Under the pieces are notes generated by a model. It did no database searches. It saw only the letters and a list, made by a program, of their open reading frames with translations, and was not told the DNA's origin. Positions 1 through 10,506 of a DNA stretch of 64,000 nt are shown here, one piece after another (the first letter of the stretch is position 1; each line of letters starts with the position of its first letter). Position numbers and translations under genes: made by a program. Source of the DNA: an uncultured delta proteobacterium (GTDB taxonomy: Bacteria; Myxococcota_A; Polyangia; Polyangiales; B10-G4); assembly GCA_963727445.1 (NCBI GenBank), contig CAVSGI010000013.1, forward strand, positions 81,316-145,315, read 5' to 3'.

Positions 1-680
1 TGCCCCTCGAGCTCCAGGCGAAGCTCCTGCGCACCATCGAGGACCAGAAGGTCAAGCGGGTGGGCGCGGTGACGCCGCGCGACGTGGACGTGCGATACGT
101 CGCCTCCACCAACCGCGACCTGGCCGCCGAATCCGAGCGCGGCACCTTTCGGCGCGACCTCTTCTACCGCCTCAACGGCGTGCGCCTCGAAGTGCCGCCG
201 CTCCGGGCGCGGCCGGCGGAGATCGTGCCGCTCGCGAAGCGTTTCGCCGAGTCGGTAGCGACCGGCGGCGAGGTGCCTTCGCTCACCGAAGAGGTGATCA
301 CCGCACTGCACCGCTACCCCTGGCCGGGGAACGTGCGCGAGCTCCGCAACGTGATGGAGCGGGCGGTGGCGATGTGTGACCAGCGACGGATCGTCCTGGC
401 CGACCTCCCACCCGAGATCCTGTCGCCCGACGCCAAGGGGCCTGGCGCAGCCGCCCCGACACGCACCGGAGACGTCGCGCCTTCGAGCTCGAACCTGCGC
501 GAAGACCTCGGCGCCATCGAGAAGCGGCGGATCATCGAAGCGCTCGAGCGATGCAATGGCAACCAGACGAAGGCGGCGAAGCTGCTCGGGATGCCGCGCC
601 GCACGCTGATCATGCGCATCGAGGAGTACGGTCTGCCGCGGCCGCGAAAAGGTCGCCGCCAGAAGAGCGGCGACGACTGA
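1..680 (+). CDS. sigma-54-dependent transcriptional regulator (NtrC/Fis family), 3' fragment; gene begins upstream of window
   Basis: In-frame from window start (PLELQAKLLRTIEDQKVKRVGAV...). AAA+ C-terminal part GTFRRDLFYRLNGVRLEVPPLRAR and a Fis-type HTH at the end (IEKRRIIEALERCNGNQTKAAKLLGMPRRTL). Confidence 0.8.
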   Translation, partial: PLELQAKLLRTIEDQKVKRVGAVTPRDVDVRYVASTNRDLAAESERGTFRRDLFYRLNGVRLEVPPLRARPAEIVPLAKRFAESVATGGEVPSLTEEVITALHRYPWPGNVRELRNVMERAVAMCDQRRIVLADLPPEILSPDAKGPGAAAPTRTGDVAPSSSNLREDLGAIEKRRIIEALERCNGNQTKAAKLLGMPRRTLIMRIEEYGLPRPRKGRRQKSGDD

Positions 681-713
681 GTCTTCACTCGTTTTCTTTT
701 CGCGCAGTCCGGA

Positions 714-2795
714 TCAACGGCAACCGCTGGCGCCGGGGTCCATCGGATCGCTGGTCTCGAGCCGGCCGTCGCCGCCGCAGGAGAGCTCCTTGTCCGCCTC
801 GCCGTCTCCCGCGTAGATGACGTCGAACCCGCCGTTTCCATGAAGGGTGTCGCGTCCGGCGCCTCCATGGATCTCGTCGTTGCCTCTGTGGCCTTCGATG
901 GTGTCGTTGCCGCCGAGGCCGCGGATCACGTCGTCGCCGCCCCAACCCCAGATGACGTTGTCGCGGTCGTTGCCGATGAGCTCGTCGTCTCCACCAGCGC
1001 CCTCGAGGATCTCGATGTCGTCGGTGAGCACCGTGCCCTGCCCCGCGTCGCAGAACGCCGGCTGATAGGAGCGATGTCCCAGCTGCGCGTGGATACGCTG
1101 GCGATGGCGTTCGGCCGCCGTGTCGAAGTGTGTCCCGACGCGGGCGAAGCCGCCGACGTCCATGCCCGGGCCGCCGGAGTACATGTGTCCACCGCATGGG
1201 TAGTTGGTGACGAGCTGATCGTTGCCGCCGCCCGCGACCAGGGTGTCGGAGTCGGTGCTGAGGCTGAGCAGCGCGTCGTCGCCGTCGTTGCCGAGGAGGT
1301 TGTCGTGGCCGGTGTAGCCAGTGAACATGATGTCCTGTCCGCCGTGGCCCGAGAGCGTGTCGTCGCCGTCGCCGCCGTCGAGGGTCGCCTCCATGTCCCG
1401 CGGAAAGCCGTTGCCCTGCAGATCGATGTAGTCGTCGCCCGCGCCGCCCCAGCCGACGATGTAGCGAAGCTGCGCGCCGAGGACGCAACGGATCTGTCGT
1501 GGCTGGTCGCCGCTCACGCAACCAGGCCCGGGCGTGAGGGTGGAGCCCACGGGTCCATCGACGTGCGCCACCCCGTTTCGGATCGAGACCAGGAAGGTGT
1601 CGTTCACTTCGCCGCGGGCGCCGAGCATGATCAGGCCGAGATCGATGGGCCCGGTGGCGAGGAAGACGTAGGCCCCCTCGGGACGGCCAGAGAGCTCGTC
1701 GGGGCCGTCGCACGGCGCGCCAGAGCACGTGTCGCTGCCGGGTCCACCTCGAAGATCGACACCGCCGGGGGCGTCGAGGGTGTCGTTGCCCTCACCACCG
1801 ACGAGGCGCGCGGTGGCGCCGCCCCCGGCCAGATAGTCGTCGAAAGGCGAGCCGATGATCGTCTCGACGCCGGCCAGGGGCTCGGGCGTCCCGTCGCCGC
1901 TCGCGGTTCCGTTCGAGATGTCGCGGTTGTCGACGATCACACCGTTCACCGAAGGGAGGCCGGCCTGCGGCTGCCCGGGTGGCGTCGCGGTCATGAAGCT
2001 CGCCGTGTCGTTGCCGCGCCCGCCGATGAATTCGTCTCGATTGGTGTCGCCCCGGAGCCAGTCGTCGTCTTCGCCGCCATGGAGCAGGTCGTTCCCGTGG
2101 CCGCCGATGAGGATGTCGTTGCCCTCGTCGCCGTAGATCTCGTCGTCGAGGAGGTCACCGAAGAGGAGGTCGTGCCCCGCGCCCCCGTGGATGATGTCGC
2201 CGCCGCTCCGGCCGTGGACCGTGTCGTGTCCCGCGCCCGCGTCTACCCAATCGCGCCCGAAGCCCGCGTCGATGTAGTCGTTGCCGGCGCCGCCGTAGAT
2301 TCGGTCCGCGCCGCCGCCGGCGCAGATGATGTCCGAGCCACCGTTGCCCCAGATGGTGTCGTCTCCGGAGCCCGCGAAGATGATGTCACGGCCGTTGGTG
2401 CCGTGGATCGTGTCGGGGCCGTCGGTACCGCGGATGGTCGGCCTCAGGGTGCGACAGGGATCCTCTGTCCATTGTTCGACGCCCGTCGCCGACCCCATGC
2501 CTCCGCTGCCGGTCGCGCCGCTACCGCCTGCGCCGCCCCCACTGCCACCTGATCCGTCCGGAGCGCTGCTGATGGCGCCGAAGTCTTCTCCGTCGCGCCC
2601 TCCGAAGGAGGACGATTCCGTGGTGAGCTCGGCGTCCGGGTCGGTGAAGATGTCCGCGTCCGATGCTGCGCCTCCGTCCGCGTCCCCCATCGTGAGGATG
2701 TCCCCGGGATCGCCATCGGCCGGCGGGACACACCCCGCGATGGCCACGATCCAAGCGATGAGCGCAACGAACAGTGCCTTTCGAATCTCGAACAT
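714..2795 (-). CDS. secreted lipoprotein with RTX/hemolysin-type Ca-binding nonapeptide repeats
   Basis: Lipoprotein signal MFEIRKALFVALIAWIVAIAGC, with GGAGG 9 nt upstream of the ATG at 2795. Many GGxGxDxL/I repeats (GNGGSDIICAGGGADRIYGGAGNDYIDAG...). The ORF-track extension up to 4463 lies upstream of the RBS and signal peptide and is spurious. Confidence 0.75.
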   Translation of the reverse strand: MFEIRKALFVALIAWIVAIAGCVPPADGDPGDILTMGDADGGAASDADIFTDPDAELTTESSSFGGRDGEDFGAISSAPDGSGGSGGGAGGSGATGSGGMGSATGVEQWTEDPCRTLRPTIRGTDGPDTIHGTNGRDIIFAGSGDDTIWGNGGSDIICAGGGADRIYGGAGNDYIDAGFGRDWVDAGAGHDTVHGRSGGDIIHGGAGHDLLFGDLLDDEIYGDEGNDILIGGHGNDLLHGGEDDDWLRGDTNRDEFIGGRGNDTASFMTATPPGQPQAGLPSVNGVIVDNRDISNGTASGDGTPEPLAGVETIIGSPFDDYLAGGGATARLVGGEGNDTLDAPGGVDLRGGPGSDTCSGAPCDGPDELSGRPEGAYVFLATGPIDLGLIMLGARGEVNDTFLVSIRNGVAHVDGPVGSTLTPGPGCVSGDQPRQIRCVLGAQLRYIVGWGGAGDDYIDLQGNGFPRDMEATLDGGDGDDTLSGHGGQDIMFTGYTGHDNLLGNDGDDALLSLSTDSDTLVAGGGNDQLVTNYPCGGHMYSGGPGMDVGGFARVGTHFDTAAERHRQRIHAQLGHRSYQPAFCDAGQGTVLTDDIEILEGAGGDDELIGNDRDNVIWGWGGDDVIRGLGGNDTIEGHRGNDEIHGGAGRDTLHGNGGFDVIYAGDGEADKELSCGGDGRLETSDPMDPGASGCR

Positions 2796-3026
2796 GGTGA
2801 CGACCTCCAACATGGGGTCGTTCTTTCGCAACTCCCGGACCGCCGACGAAACGACCGCGATCTCGGGTCGTTGAAGCGTCGCGGGCCCCAGTTGTGCAAG
2901 CGTCGCACTTCGCGTCGTGTGACCGTCGCACGAAGGGAGGTGCGCGAACCCCACCCGACGCCGTCGAGCAGCGGCGGATAGGCGCGGCCCGATCCCTGCA
3001 CTGCATCGCGAGTGATGGAGGTAGGC

Positions 3027-4085
3027 ATGAAGCGATTCGTCGTGACGTTGGTCGCCGTCTGCGGGTCGGTGCTCTGGGGATGCGCGCCGGGGAGCGTGGG
3101 TCCATTGGATGAAGCGCCTGTGATGGATCCGCCCGTCGCGCCCGCCCCCGCGAGCGATCCCGACGCCGGCATGGGCGAGCCCGACGCGCTGCCGGCGCCC
3201 GTCGCCGAGCCCGACGCCGGGGGCGACGAGCCCGAGTGCTCGAGCACCGTCGATGCGCCGTATGGAGACCTGCTGTCGAACACCGAGCTGACGGCGCCGA
3301 GTGATTGCGCGGGATGTCCAGGCGCCTTCTCCGGCCTCGAAGAGCTCGACGCACCGCTTGCACCGGACGCGACGACGATCCGCATCGAAGGCGCGTCGGC
3401 CGGCGCGACCCGCTGCGAGTGGTACGTGTTGGGCGGCGAGTGCGGCATGACCCATGGCGCCATGAGCACCGATCCGGACGGCAGCGGGCTCTTCGCCGCC
3501 ACCCTCCCCGTCTTCTGTGGAACGAACGTCGTTCAGATCGTCTGCGACAACCCGAGCGGCTCCCGTGTCTACGTGCGCCAGCTCTCGGGCGCAGCCTGCG
3601 AAGGCAGAGACCTCCGGGTCACGCTGTCGTGGGACGAGCGCGCGAACGACCTCGAGCTCCACCTCGTACGGGAGGGCGGGCGCATCAACGATCCGGTCTC
3701 GGACTGCACCTGGTTCACCTGCGTCAGCTCGCCGCTCGACTGGGGCGTGCCCGGCGACGCGAGCGACGATCCGTCGAAGGACATCGACGCCACCGGCCCC
3801 TTCGGTCCCGAGAACATTTTCCTGACGAGCGCCGCGCCTGGCACCTATCACGTCTACGTCGAGTACTGGGGCCATGGCGAACCGACCACGGCGAACCTGG
3901 CGGTGGCGATCGGGGAGTCCACGGTCGCAGAGCTTCACGCCTCGGGCCTCGATGTCCACGACGTCTGGGACGTGGGAGTGCTCTCCTTCCCCGGCGGCAC
4001 CTTCACGCCAGTGGACGCGATCGTGCCGTGTCAGGCGGATTGGCGGACCGGGGGCTCGCGCGGGTGCGCCATGGCGCTGCCCTAG
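3027..4085 (+). CDS. hypothetical lipoprotein
   Basis: MKRFVVTLVAVCGSVLWGC lipobox, GGAGG 5 nt upstream. Acidic Pro/Ala-rich linker followed by a beta-rich domain. No recognised family. Confidence 0.6.
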   Translation: MKRFVVTLVAVCGSVLWGCAPGSVGPLDEAPVMDPPVAPAPASDPDAGMGEPDALPAPVAEPDAGGDEPECSSTVDAPYGDLLSNTELTAPSDCAGCPGAFSGLEELDAPLAPDATTIRIEGASAGATRCEWYVLGGECGMTHGAMSTDPDGSGLFAATLPVFCGTNVVQIVCDNPSGSRVYVRQLSGAACEGRDLRVTLSWDERANDLELHLVREGGRINDPVSDCTWFTCVSSPLDWGVPGDASDDPSKDIDATGPFGPENIFLTSAAPGTYHVYVEYWGHGEPTTANLAVAIGESTVAELHASGLDVHDVWDVGVLSFPGGTFTPVDAIVPCQADWRTGGSRGCAMALP

Positions 4086-4158
4086 CGCCTTGGTCCAATG
4101 ACGTAGAAGGGTTCTCGCTCGTTCGTCGGCCGCCTCGCGGCGTCGGGAAACCTCGAAT

Positions 4159-6360
4159 GTGCGCTGTCCGGCGCGTCCGAGTATAGGATCGACGAAGGTC
4201 ACGCCCCTGGCATGTCGGGGCGCGCGCCCGCCCCACGTGACGCCGCGTCTCTTCGCACCTCTGCTCGCTTGTGCTTCGCTGCTCGGCGTGGCTCCGGCCA
4301 GCGCGCAGAGCGCCGCCATCCCCCCGGGCCACGAGGCGTTCTTCTCCAGCTTGTTGGGGCCGGCGGACGGCCGCGCTGCCGACACCGAGCAACTCGCCGA
4401 CGTGTCGGGCGACGCCCTCGCCCTGCCGGCAGGTTGCGCGTTCGAAGGCGCTTCGATCCTCATCGACCACGTGGACGCGCGCTATCGCTGCGACGGTTCG
4501 CCGGTGGAGCTGCGGCTCACGTGGCAGCCCTCGGGCGAGAGGGTCGGCGACGAGCGCGTCACCGTTCAGGCGCTCTCGGGCGAGGCGAGCGACGCGCTCG
4601 TCGCGGTCCTGGTTCGGCGGGCCGACGCCAACGCCTCGCGCCTGCCGTGGAAGAGTGTCGAGTCGCGCGCGCGTCCCGTCCGCGAGCTGGTCACCTGGGC
4701 CTTTCTCCTCCTGGGCATCCTCGCCGCTGTTTTCGCCGTCGCGGTGGGCCGCTTCGAGCCGCGCGCCGCGTTCAGGCGCCATCGTGCTGCGCTCCTGCTG
4801 GTCGCCATCTTCATCGGCGCCGCCGCGCTGGTGCCCGACGCAGGGCCCATTCACCCCCATCGCTCCTTCATCGCGCGCTCGGACACCGCCCGCGATCCCG
4901 TCGAGGACCAGGGCGTCATCGGCTGGATGCCGCCCGCCTTTCACGTCTACGGGCTGCTCTTCGAGCACGTGCCCTATCGGCTGAAGACGCTGACCACCAC
5001 CAGCGTTCTACTCTCCGCCCTCGCTCTGTTCCTGCTCTCCGTGCTCGTGCGCCGCCTCACGGAACGAGCGCGCCTCCTTCCCTCGAACGCGCGGGACGCC
5101 TCCCTCCTCGCCATCGTCTTCACCGGTTTTCACCCGGCGTTTCTCCGGCTCAGCGTCGCGACCTCCTTCTGGCCCTGGGTCGCCGTCGCTCTCTTCGCGT
5201 CCGCGATCGCCACCCTCGGAGCGACCGAAACCCGGGGGCGGGCACAGCTCGCCTGGACGGTCGCCGCGAGCGTGTTCTTCTCTCTGGCCGTCGCCTCGAG
5301 CCTGGCGATGCTCGCCGTGTTGCCGCTGGTGCTCATCGCGCCGCTCGTCTGGCGCCTCAGACGCAAGAGCCGGCGCGGAGTCGTCCTCTTCGTCCTCGCG
5401 CTCGCGATCGTCGCGGCTTTCATCGGCCCCTACGCCCGCGAGGCCGTCCTCGACGCGCTCTATGCCCAGACCACGCTGGTCCGGGCGCCCAGCGAGCAGA
5501 TCCAGGTGGCCTTCGCGAACGCGATCTACGCGGTGCCGAGCCTGACCCCCGTGCCTCTCGCGCTGATGGCGCTCCTGGGCCTCGCGTGGACCTTCTCCTC
5601 CCCTCGCGTCTTCGCGCCCTTCGTCCTCGCCGCCTTCTCGACGGAGCTTCTGCTCGGTCCGCTCGATCCGTGGGACTTCGAATTCCCGGTGCGCCTCCTT
5701 CACGGCCAACTCTCGCTCTTCTTCGCTGGCGCTTTCGCGGCGTGGGGGGCCGTCGCCCTGCGGGACTTCGTCCGGCGGAAGTGGCGCGACGCGGCGCGCT
5801 TCGTCCTACCCGCCCTCGGCGTCGCCATCGTGGCCACTCTGCCGCTCAGCCACGACGCGCTCTTCCTGCTCTCGCATGCGCAGTCCCACACCCTCGAAGC
5901 GCGGCGCCTCAGCGAAGCCCTGCCGCGCCTTCCACCGCACGACACCCTGGTGGTCGGGCCCGTACGCGCCGAGCGCATCTCGGACGTGGACTTCTCGGGC
6001 GATCCCATCGAGCTCGTCTTCCCTCTCGGCGAGCACGCGGCGGTCTCGGCCGAGCGCGGCTACTTTCCGCGGGTGATCACCATCGACGAGGCGCTGGTGC
6101 ACCCGCCCGAGGGCGTGACGCTCTTCTACCTCGGCCTGTCCCTCGTCAGCTGGGATCCACACGAGATCGCGGTCGGCGTCGTGAGCGAGGACCTCGAACG
6201 CCCGCCCCTCCATCGGCTTCGAGAACGCTTCGTGCTCGAGCCCCTCGAGACCTTCGAGGTCCCGAACGTCGAGCACCCCTCGACCCTCGCGCGGCCCTAC
6301 GCCGATCGCGAGCGCTCCCACACCCTGGGCTTCTACCGCCTCCACCGGCGGCCCCGCTGA
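4159..6360 (+). CDS. polytopic integral membrane protein with N-terminal periplasmic domain (possible GT-C/ArnT-PMT-like glycosyltransferase fold)
   Basis: Signal-like N-terminus, a periplasmic segment of about 150 aa, then at least 10 predicted TM helices (LLLGILAAVFAVAV, LLLVAIFIGAAALV, VFFSLAVASSLAMLAVLPLVLIAPLVW...). The functional call is weak and the start codon is uncertain. Confidence 0.5.
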   Translation: MRCPARPSIGSTKVTPLACRGARPPHVTPRLFAPLLACASLLGVAPASAQSAAIPPGHEAFFSSLLGPADGRAADTEQLADVSGDALALPAGCAFEGASILIDHVDARYRCDGSPVELRLTWQPSGERVGDERVTVQALSGEASDALVAVLVRRADANASRLPWKSVESRARPVRELVTWAFLLLGILAAVFAVAVGRFEPRAAFRRHRAALLLVAIFIGAAALVPDAGPIHPHRSFIARSDTARDPVEDQGVIGWMPPAFHVYGLLFEHVPYRLKTLTTTSVLLSALALFLLSVLVRRLTERARLLPSNARDASLLAIVFTGFHPAFLRLSVATSFWPWVAVALFASAIATLGATETRGRAQLAWTVAASVFFSLAVASSLAMLAVLPLVLIAPLVWRLRRKSRRGVVLFVLALAIVAAFIGPYAREAVLDALYAQTTLVRAPSEQIQVAFANAIYAVPSLTPVPLALMALLGLAWTFSSPRVFAPFVLAAFSTELLLGPLDPWDFEFPVRLLHGQLSLFFAGAFAAWGAVALRDFVRRKWRDAARFVLPALGVAIVATLPLSHDALFLLSHAQSHTLEARRLSEALPRLPPHDTLVVGPVRAERISDVDFSGDPIELVFPLGEHAAVSAERGYFPRVITIDEALVHPPEGVTLFYLGLSLVSWDPHEIAVGVVSEDLERPPLHRLRERFVLEPLETFEVPNVEHPSTLARPYADRERSHTLGFYRLHRRPR

Positions 6361-6645
6361 AGCGAGCGCACGTGTCGCTATGGCTCACGAACGTCCCACG
6401 CGTTCCGTTCGACGCGTCCGGCCGGTCGCGCTTCTCGCCGCTTCGCGCAGCACGCCGCTGAACGCAACAGACGGCGACACAAATGGAAACGGGAAGCCGT
6501 CTCCGGCTTCCCGTTTCACTCTTCTTGCCCTCGGGGTGTCCCGAGGTCCGCGGTCGCTCTATCGAACGGTCATGGTCGCGGCCTCGGGCGGTGCTCGGGC
6601 GGCCTTGTCGGCGCGATGCCAGGCCCTCTCCTCTTCTCTTCGCTT

Positions 6646-9600
6646 CTAGCTGCAGCCCATCGAGTTGCCGCAGTTGAGGCACTTGTAGCAAGCGCCGTTG
6701 CGGACGGTGATGTGGCCGCAGGAATCGCACATCGGCGCGTCGCCCATCATCTCGCCGAGCTGCTGGTCGAGCACGTTGCCGCCAGCGGTGCTGCCGTCGA
6801 AGCCGAAGGCGACCTGCTCGGCGGGAACGTCACGATCGGGGGGCGGCTCGGCGACCCGACGGCCTTCGTTCCGGCCGACCGCCGTCGACGTCGGTCGGGT
6901 TCTCGAGCTCGAGCTGCTCCTCCTTCGGCGGAACCTGCGCGAAGTCGTAGCGATTGAGGTACTCGACGCCGAGCACGCGGAAGACGTAGTCGATGATGGA
7001 GGTCGAGAACTTGATGTTCGGGTGTCCCTCGACGATGCCCTGCGGCTCGAAGCGCGTGAAGGTGAACTGGTCGACGTAGCTCGAGAGCGGCACACCGTGC
7101 TGCAGGCCCATCGACACGCTGATGGCGAAGCAGTTCATCAGCGAGCGGAAGGCGGCGCCCTCCTTGTGCATGTCGATGAAGATCTCGCCGAGCGAGCCGT
7201 CCTCGTACTCACCGGTGCGCAGGAAGACCTTGTGGCCGCCGACGCGCGCCTCCTGGGTGAAGCCGCTGCGCTTCTTCGGCAGGCGATGACGCACGGTGCT
7301 CGGCGGCGCTCATGGCCTGCTCGGCGGCGTGAGCGGACGGCGGGCCTGGTCACGATGACGGTGGCCTTGGCGTCGCGACTTCGTCTCCTGCTTGTCGTCC
7401 TGTCCGTCGCTCTTCTCGGAGGACGAGGAGAGCGGCTGGCTCGCCTTGCAGCCGTCGCGGTAGAGCGCGACCGCCTTGAGGCCGAGCTTCCAGCCCTCGT
7501 TGTAGATGTCGCTCGACGTCCTCGACGCGTCGCCTCGTTGGGCAGGTTGACGGTCTTGCTGATCGCGCCGCGAGAGGAAGGGCTGGGCCGCCGCCATCAT
7601 CCGGACGTGCGCCATCGCCTCGAGGAAGCGCTTGCCGCTGCTTGCCGCAGCGGTTGGCGCAGTCGAAGACCGGCAGGTGCTCGTGCGCGCAGGTGCGGCG
7701 CGCCCTCGATGGTCATCCGGCCGATGACCACGTCGTTGAGCTCGTCGATCTGCTGCGGCGGTCAAGCGCCGACAATGCGCGAGCAGGTTGAAGCCGGGCT
7801 TGTCGTATGTCCGCGGCGGGGACGCCGAGCCGATCGAAGGCCTCCGTGCCGAGGACCCACGGCGCCAGCGCCTGGCCACGTCGAACACGCCGGGCAGCGC
7901 CTTCTCCGCCTTCTCGATGTCCGCCTCGGTGAGGCCCTTGTCCTCGAGGAGCGCCTTGCGGCTGACGTGGGGCGCACCGGTGAAGGTGTTGGTGCCGCTG
8001 ACGTAGGCGACGATGTCGGCGATCTGCGCGTCGGTGTAGCCGAGGTCGCTCAGCGCGGGCGGCACGCTACTGGTTGACGATCTTGAAGTAGCCGCCGCCG
8101 GCGAGCTTCTTGAACTTCACCAGCGCGAAGTCGGGCTCGATGCCGGTGGTGTCGCAGTCCATCAAGAGGCCGATGGTGCCGGTCGGCGCGAGCACGGTGG
8201 CCTGCGCGTTGCGGTAGCCGTGCTGCTCGCCGAGCGTCGACGGCGTCGTCCCAGTCCTCGCGCGCGGCGCGGACGAGCAGTCCGCGGGCAGCCGGCGGCC
8301 GTCGTCGTCGACCATGCCCGGGCCAGGCCCGGCTCGTCGATCGCGGTACGCCGCGTCGCGGTGCTTGTTCATGACGCGCAGCATGGGCTCGCGGTTCTTG
8401 GCGAAGCCCGGGAAGGCGCCCTTGCTCGCCGCCATCTCGGCGCTCGTCGCGTACGCGTGGCCGCAGAGGATCGCGGTGAGCGCCGCCGCAGATCGCGCGG
8501 CCCTGGTCGCTGTCGTAGGGGATGCCGAGGCGCATCAGCAGCGTGCCGAGGTTCGCGTAGCCGAGGCCGAGCGGACGGTAGTCGTGGCTGTTCTTCGCGA
8601 TCGCTCGGTCGGGTAGCTCGAGTAGTCGACCAGGATCTCCTGGGCGACGAACAGGATGCGGATCGCGTGCCGGTAGCCCTCGACGTCGAAGCGTGCCGTC
8701 CTCGTCGAGGAACTTCGTGAGGTTGATCGACGAGAGGTTGCAGGCGCGAGTCGTCGAGGAACATGTACTCGGAGCACGGGTTCGACGCGTTGATGCGGTC
8801 CGTGTTCGGGCAGGTGTGCCAGTCGTTGATGGTGTGTCGTACTGCACGCCCGGGTCGGCGCAGCCCCAGGCGACTCTCGGCGATCTTCCGCCAGAGGTCG
8901 CGCGCCTTGTAGGTGTCGCAGACCTGGCCGGTGGTGCGCATGTAGGTGCGCCACTCGCCGTCGTGCTCGACGGCGCTCATGAACTCGTCGGTGACGCGGA
9001 CCGAGTTGTTCGAGTTCTGGCCGCTGACGGTGTGGTAGGCCTCGCCGTTGAAGTCGGACTCGTAGCCGGCGCCGATGAGCGCGCTGGCCTTCTTCTCCTC
9101 GCGCACCTTCCACTCGATGAAGTCGACGATCTCCGGGTGGTCCATGTCGAGGCAGACCATCTTGGCCGCGCGGCGCGTGGTGCCGCCGCTCTTGGTGGCG
9201 CCCGCGGCGCGGTCGAAGACCTCGAGGAAGCTCATCAGGCCGCGAGGAGGTGCCGCCGCCGGAGAGCTTCTCCTGGCTTGCCGCGGATGCGCGCTGAAGT
9301 TGGTGCCGGTGCCCGAGCCGTACTTGAAGAGGCGCGCCTCGTTCTTCACGAGGTCGTAGATCGCCATCAGGTCGTCGTCGACCGCTCTGGATGAAGCACG
9401 CCGAGCACTGCGGGTGCTCGTAGGCGTTCGTCGTCTCGCGTCATCGTCGTCGGTGCTCGGGCTCCCAGGCCCAGTTCCCGCCGCTGACCCTCGATGCCGT
9501 AGCGCTGGTAGAGGCCGCAGTTGAACCAGACCGGGCGAGTTGAACGCGGCGCGCTGGGTCACCAGGAGGTAGCTGAGCTCGGCCTCGAAGGTGTCGGCGT

Positions 9601-10004
9601 CTTCGGCGGAGGCGAAGTAGCCGCCGAGGTTCTCGCCGGCCTCGCGGATGGTGTGGGCCACGCGGTAGACGAGCTCGCGCGACGCTGCGTCTCGCCCCGC
9701 TTGGGGTCGCCGTGGATGCCCGCCTTGCGGAAGTACTTGGAGACGGCGATGTCGCGTGGCGAGCTGCGACCAGTCTGCGCGGAACCTCGGCGCCGCGCAG
9801 CTCGAAGACCACCGAGCCGTCCGGGTTGGTGATCACGCTGTCGCGCAGCTCGTAGCTGACGCTCTCGAGGGGCTTGTCCCCCGGTTTCGTGAGCTTGTGC
9901 TCGATCGACAACCCCCCGGTTTTACTCGTAAGCTCGGCCTTCTTGGCCGCCTCGTCACTACGCTGGCTCACGTTCGATTCCACGCCGCTGATCTCTAGCG
10001 CCAC
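6646..10004 (-). pseudogene. nrdJ: adenosylcobalamin-dependent (class II) ribonucleotide reductase NrdJ, interrupted by at least 8 frameshifts
   Basis: NrdJ-specific segments spread over seven ORF-track pieces in all three minus frames: N-terminus VALEISGVESNVSQ...FELRGAEVP (GTG start with GGAGGTG RBS), then WSQLAT, DIAVSKYFRKAGIHGDPKRGETQRR, ELVYRVAHTIREAGENLGGYFA, VWFNCGLYQRYGIEG, GGNWAWEP, the LSDLGYTDAQIADIVAYVSGTNTFTGAPHVSRKALLEDKG block, [58 protein letters not shown] and the C-terminal Zn finger CDSCGHITVRNGACYKCLNCGNSMGCS. Hand alignment shows 1-2 nt insertions roughly every 40-60 nt in places. Confidence 0.75.
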
Positions 10005-10506
10005 GATACACCTCCGGCATCTCGCCAGGGTCTGTCCACAACCAGTCCCCAGCGACTCCCCTCTGAATTCACTCTTGTTCCACAAGGGGTAGGCAAGGCC
10101 GCAGACTGGCCACCACAACCCGTTGTGGAAGGGGACTGGTGGTAAACCCAGGCGCGATGCCCGTCAAGAGTGTTTCGGAGGGCTGATGTCACTTTTTTGT
10201 TTCCCATGCGATTCCAAGTGGTTTCACCCCGGCTGAGCGGCCGAAATGCGTGTCCGATCCGTGCACTTCGCGGAACCTCGAAAGCATATGAAGTGTCACG
10301 TAACGTCACGCCCTGAAGCATACAATCTGTTGTGCCTATCCCGAAAAAAACCACAACAGAGTGAGGACACGGGTGCGATTGCCTCCGACATCGACCCACC
10401 AACGCAATTAAGAAAAACCCAATGATCGCAATTGTGTGGATCGTTACAAAGCGGCTCGGAAATTCGCCCCTTTCGAGGGCCCATGCCCCAGAACCTATAG
10501 ACTTCT
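10005..10506. promoter_or_regulatory. long, unusually AT-rich divergent leader/promoter region between nrdJ (-) and the transporter gene (+)
   Basis: About 500 nt non-coding stretch with locally <50% GC in a ~70% GC context. Contains a direct repeat GTCACG-TAAC-GTCACG (about 10294-10310) and an imperfect inverted repeat TCTGTTGTG...CACAACAGA (about 10323-10361). No B12-riboswitch core motif was recognised. Confidence 0.4.

Noticed and set aside
840-2552. 570-aa plus-strand ORF antisense to the RTX lipoprotein gene
   Set aside because: Val/Ala/Asp-rich antisense translation of a GC-rich repeat gene, with no RBS or signal; a typical high-GC shadow ORF.
2796-4463. N-terminal 556-codon extension of the 714-4463 ORF
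   Set aside because: It lies upstream of a clear GGAGG RBS plus lipoprotein signal peptide at 2795, overlaps a well-supported plus-strand lipoprotein gene (3027-4085), and is Arg/Gly-rich nonsense.
6380-6650. Candidate intrinsic terminator or small ORF downstream of nrdJ
   Set aside because: Only an imperfect GC-rich hairpin without a U-tract. ORF 6380-6649 is Arg/Ser-rich with no support.
10005-10506. Possible cobalamin riboswitch in the nrdJ leader
   Set aside because: No B12-box (GCCACTG-like core) or conserved riboswitch stems found. Also, nrdJ is B12-dependent and is not usually riboswitch-repressed.
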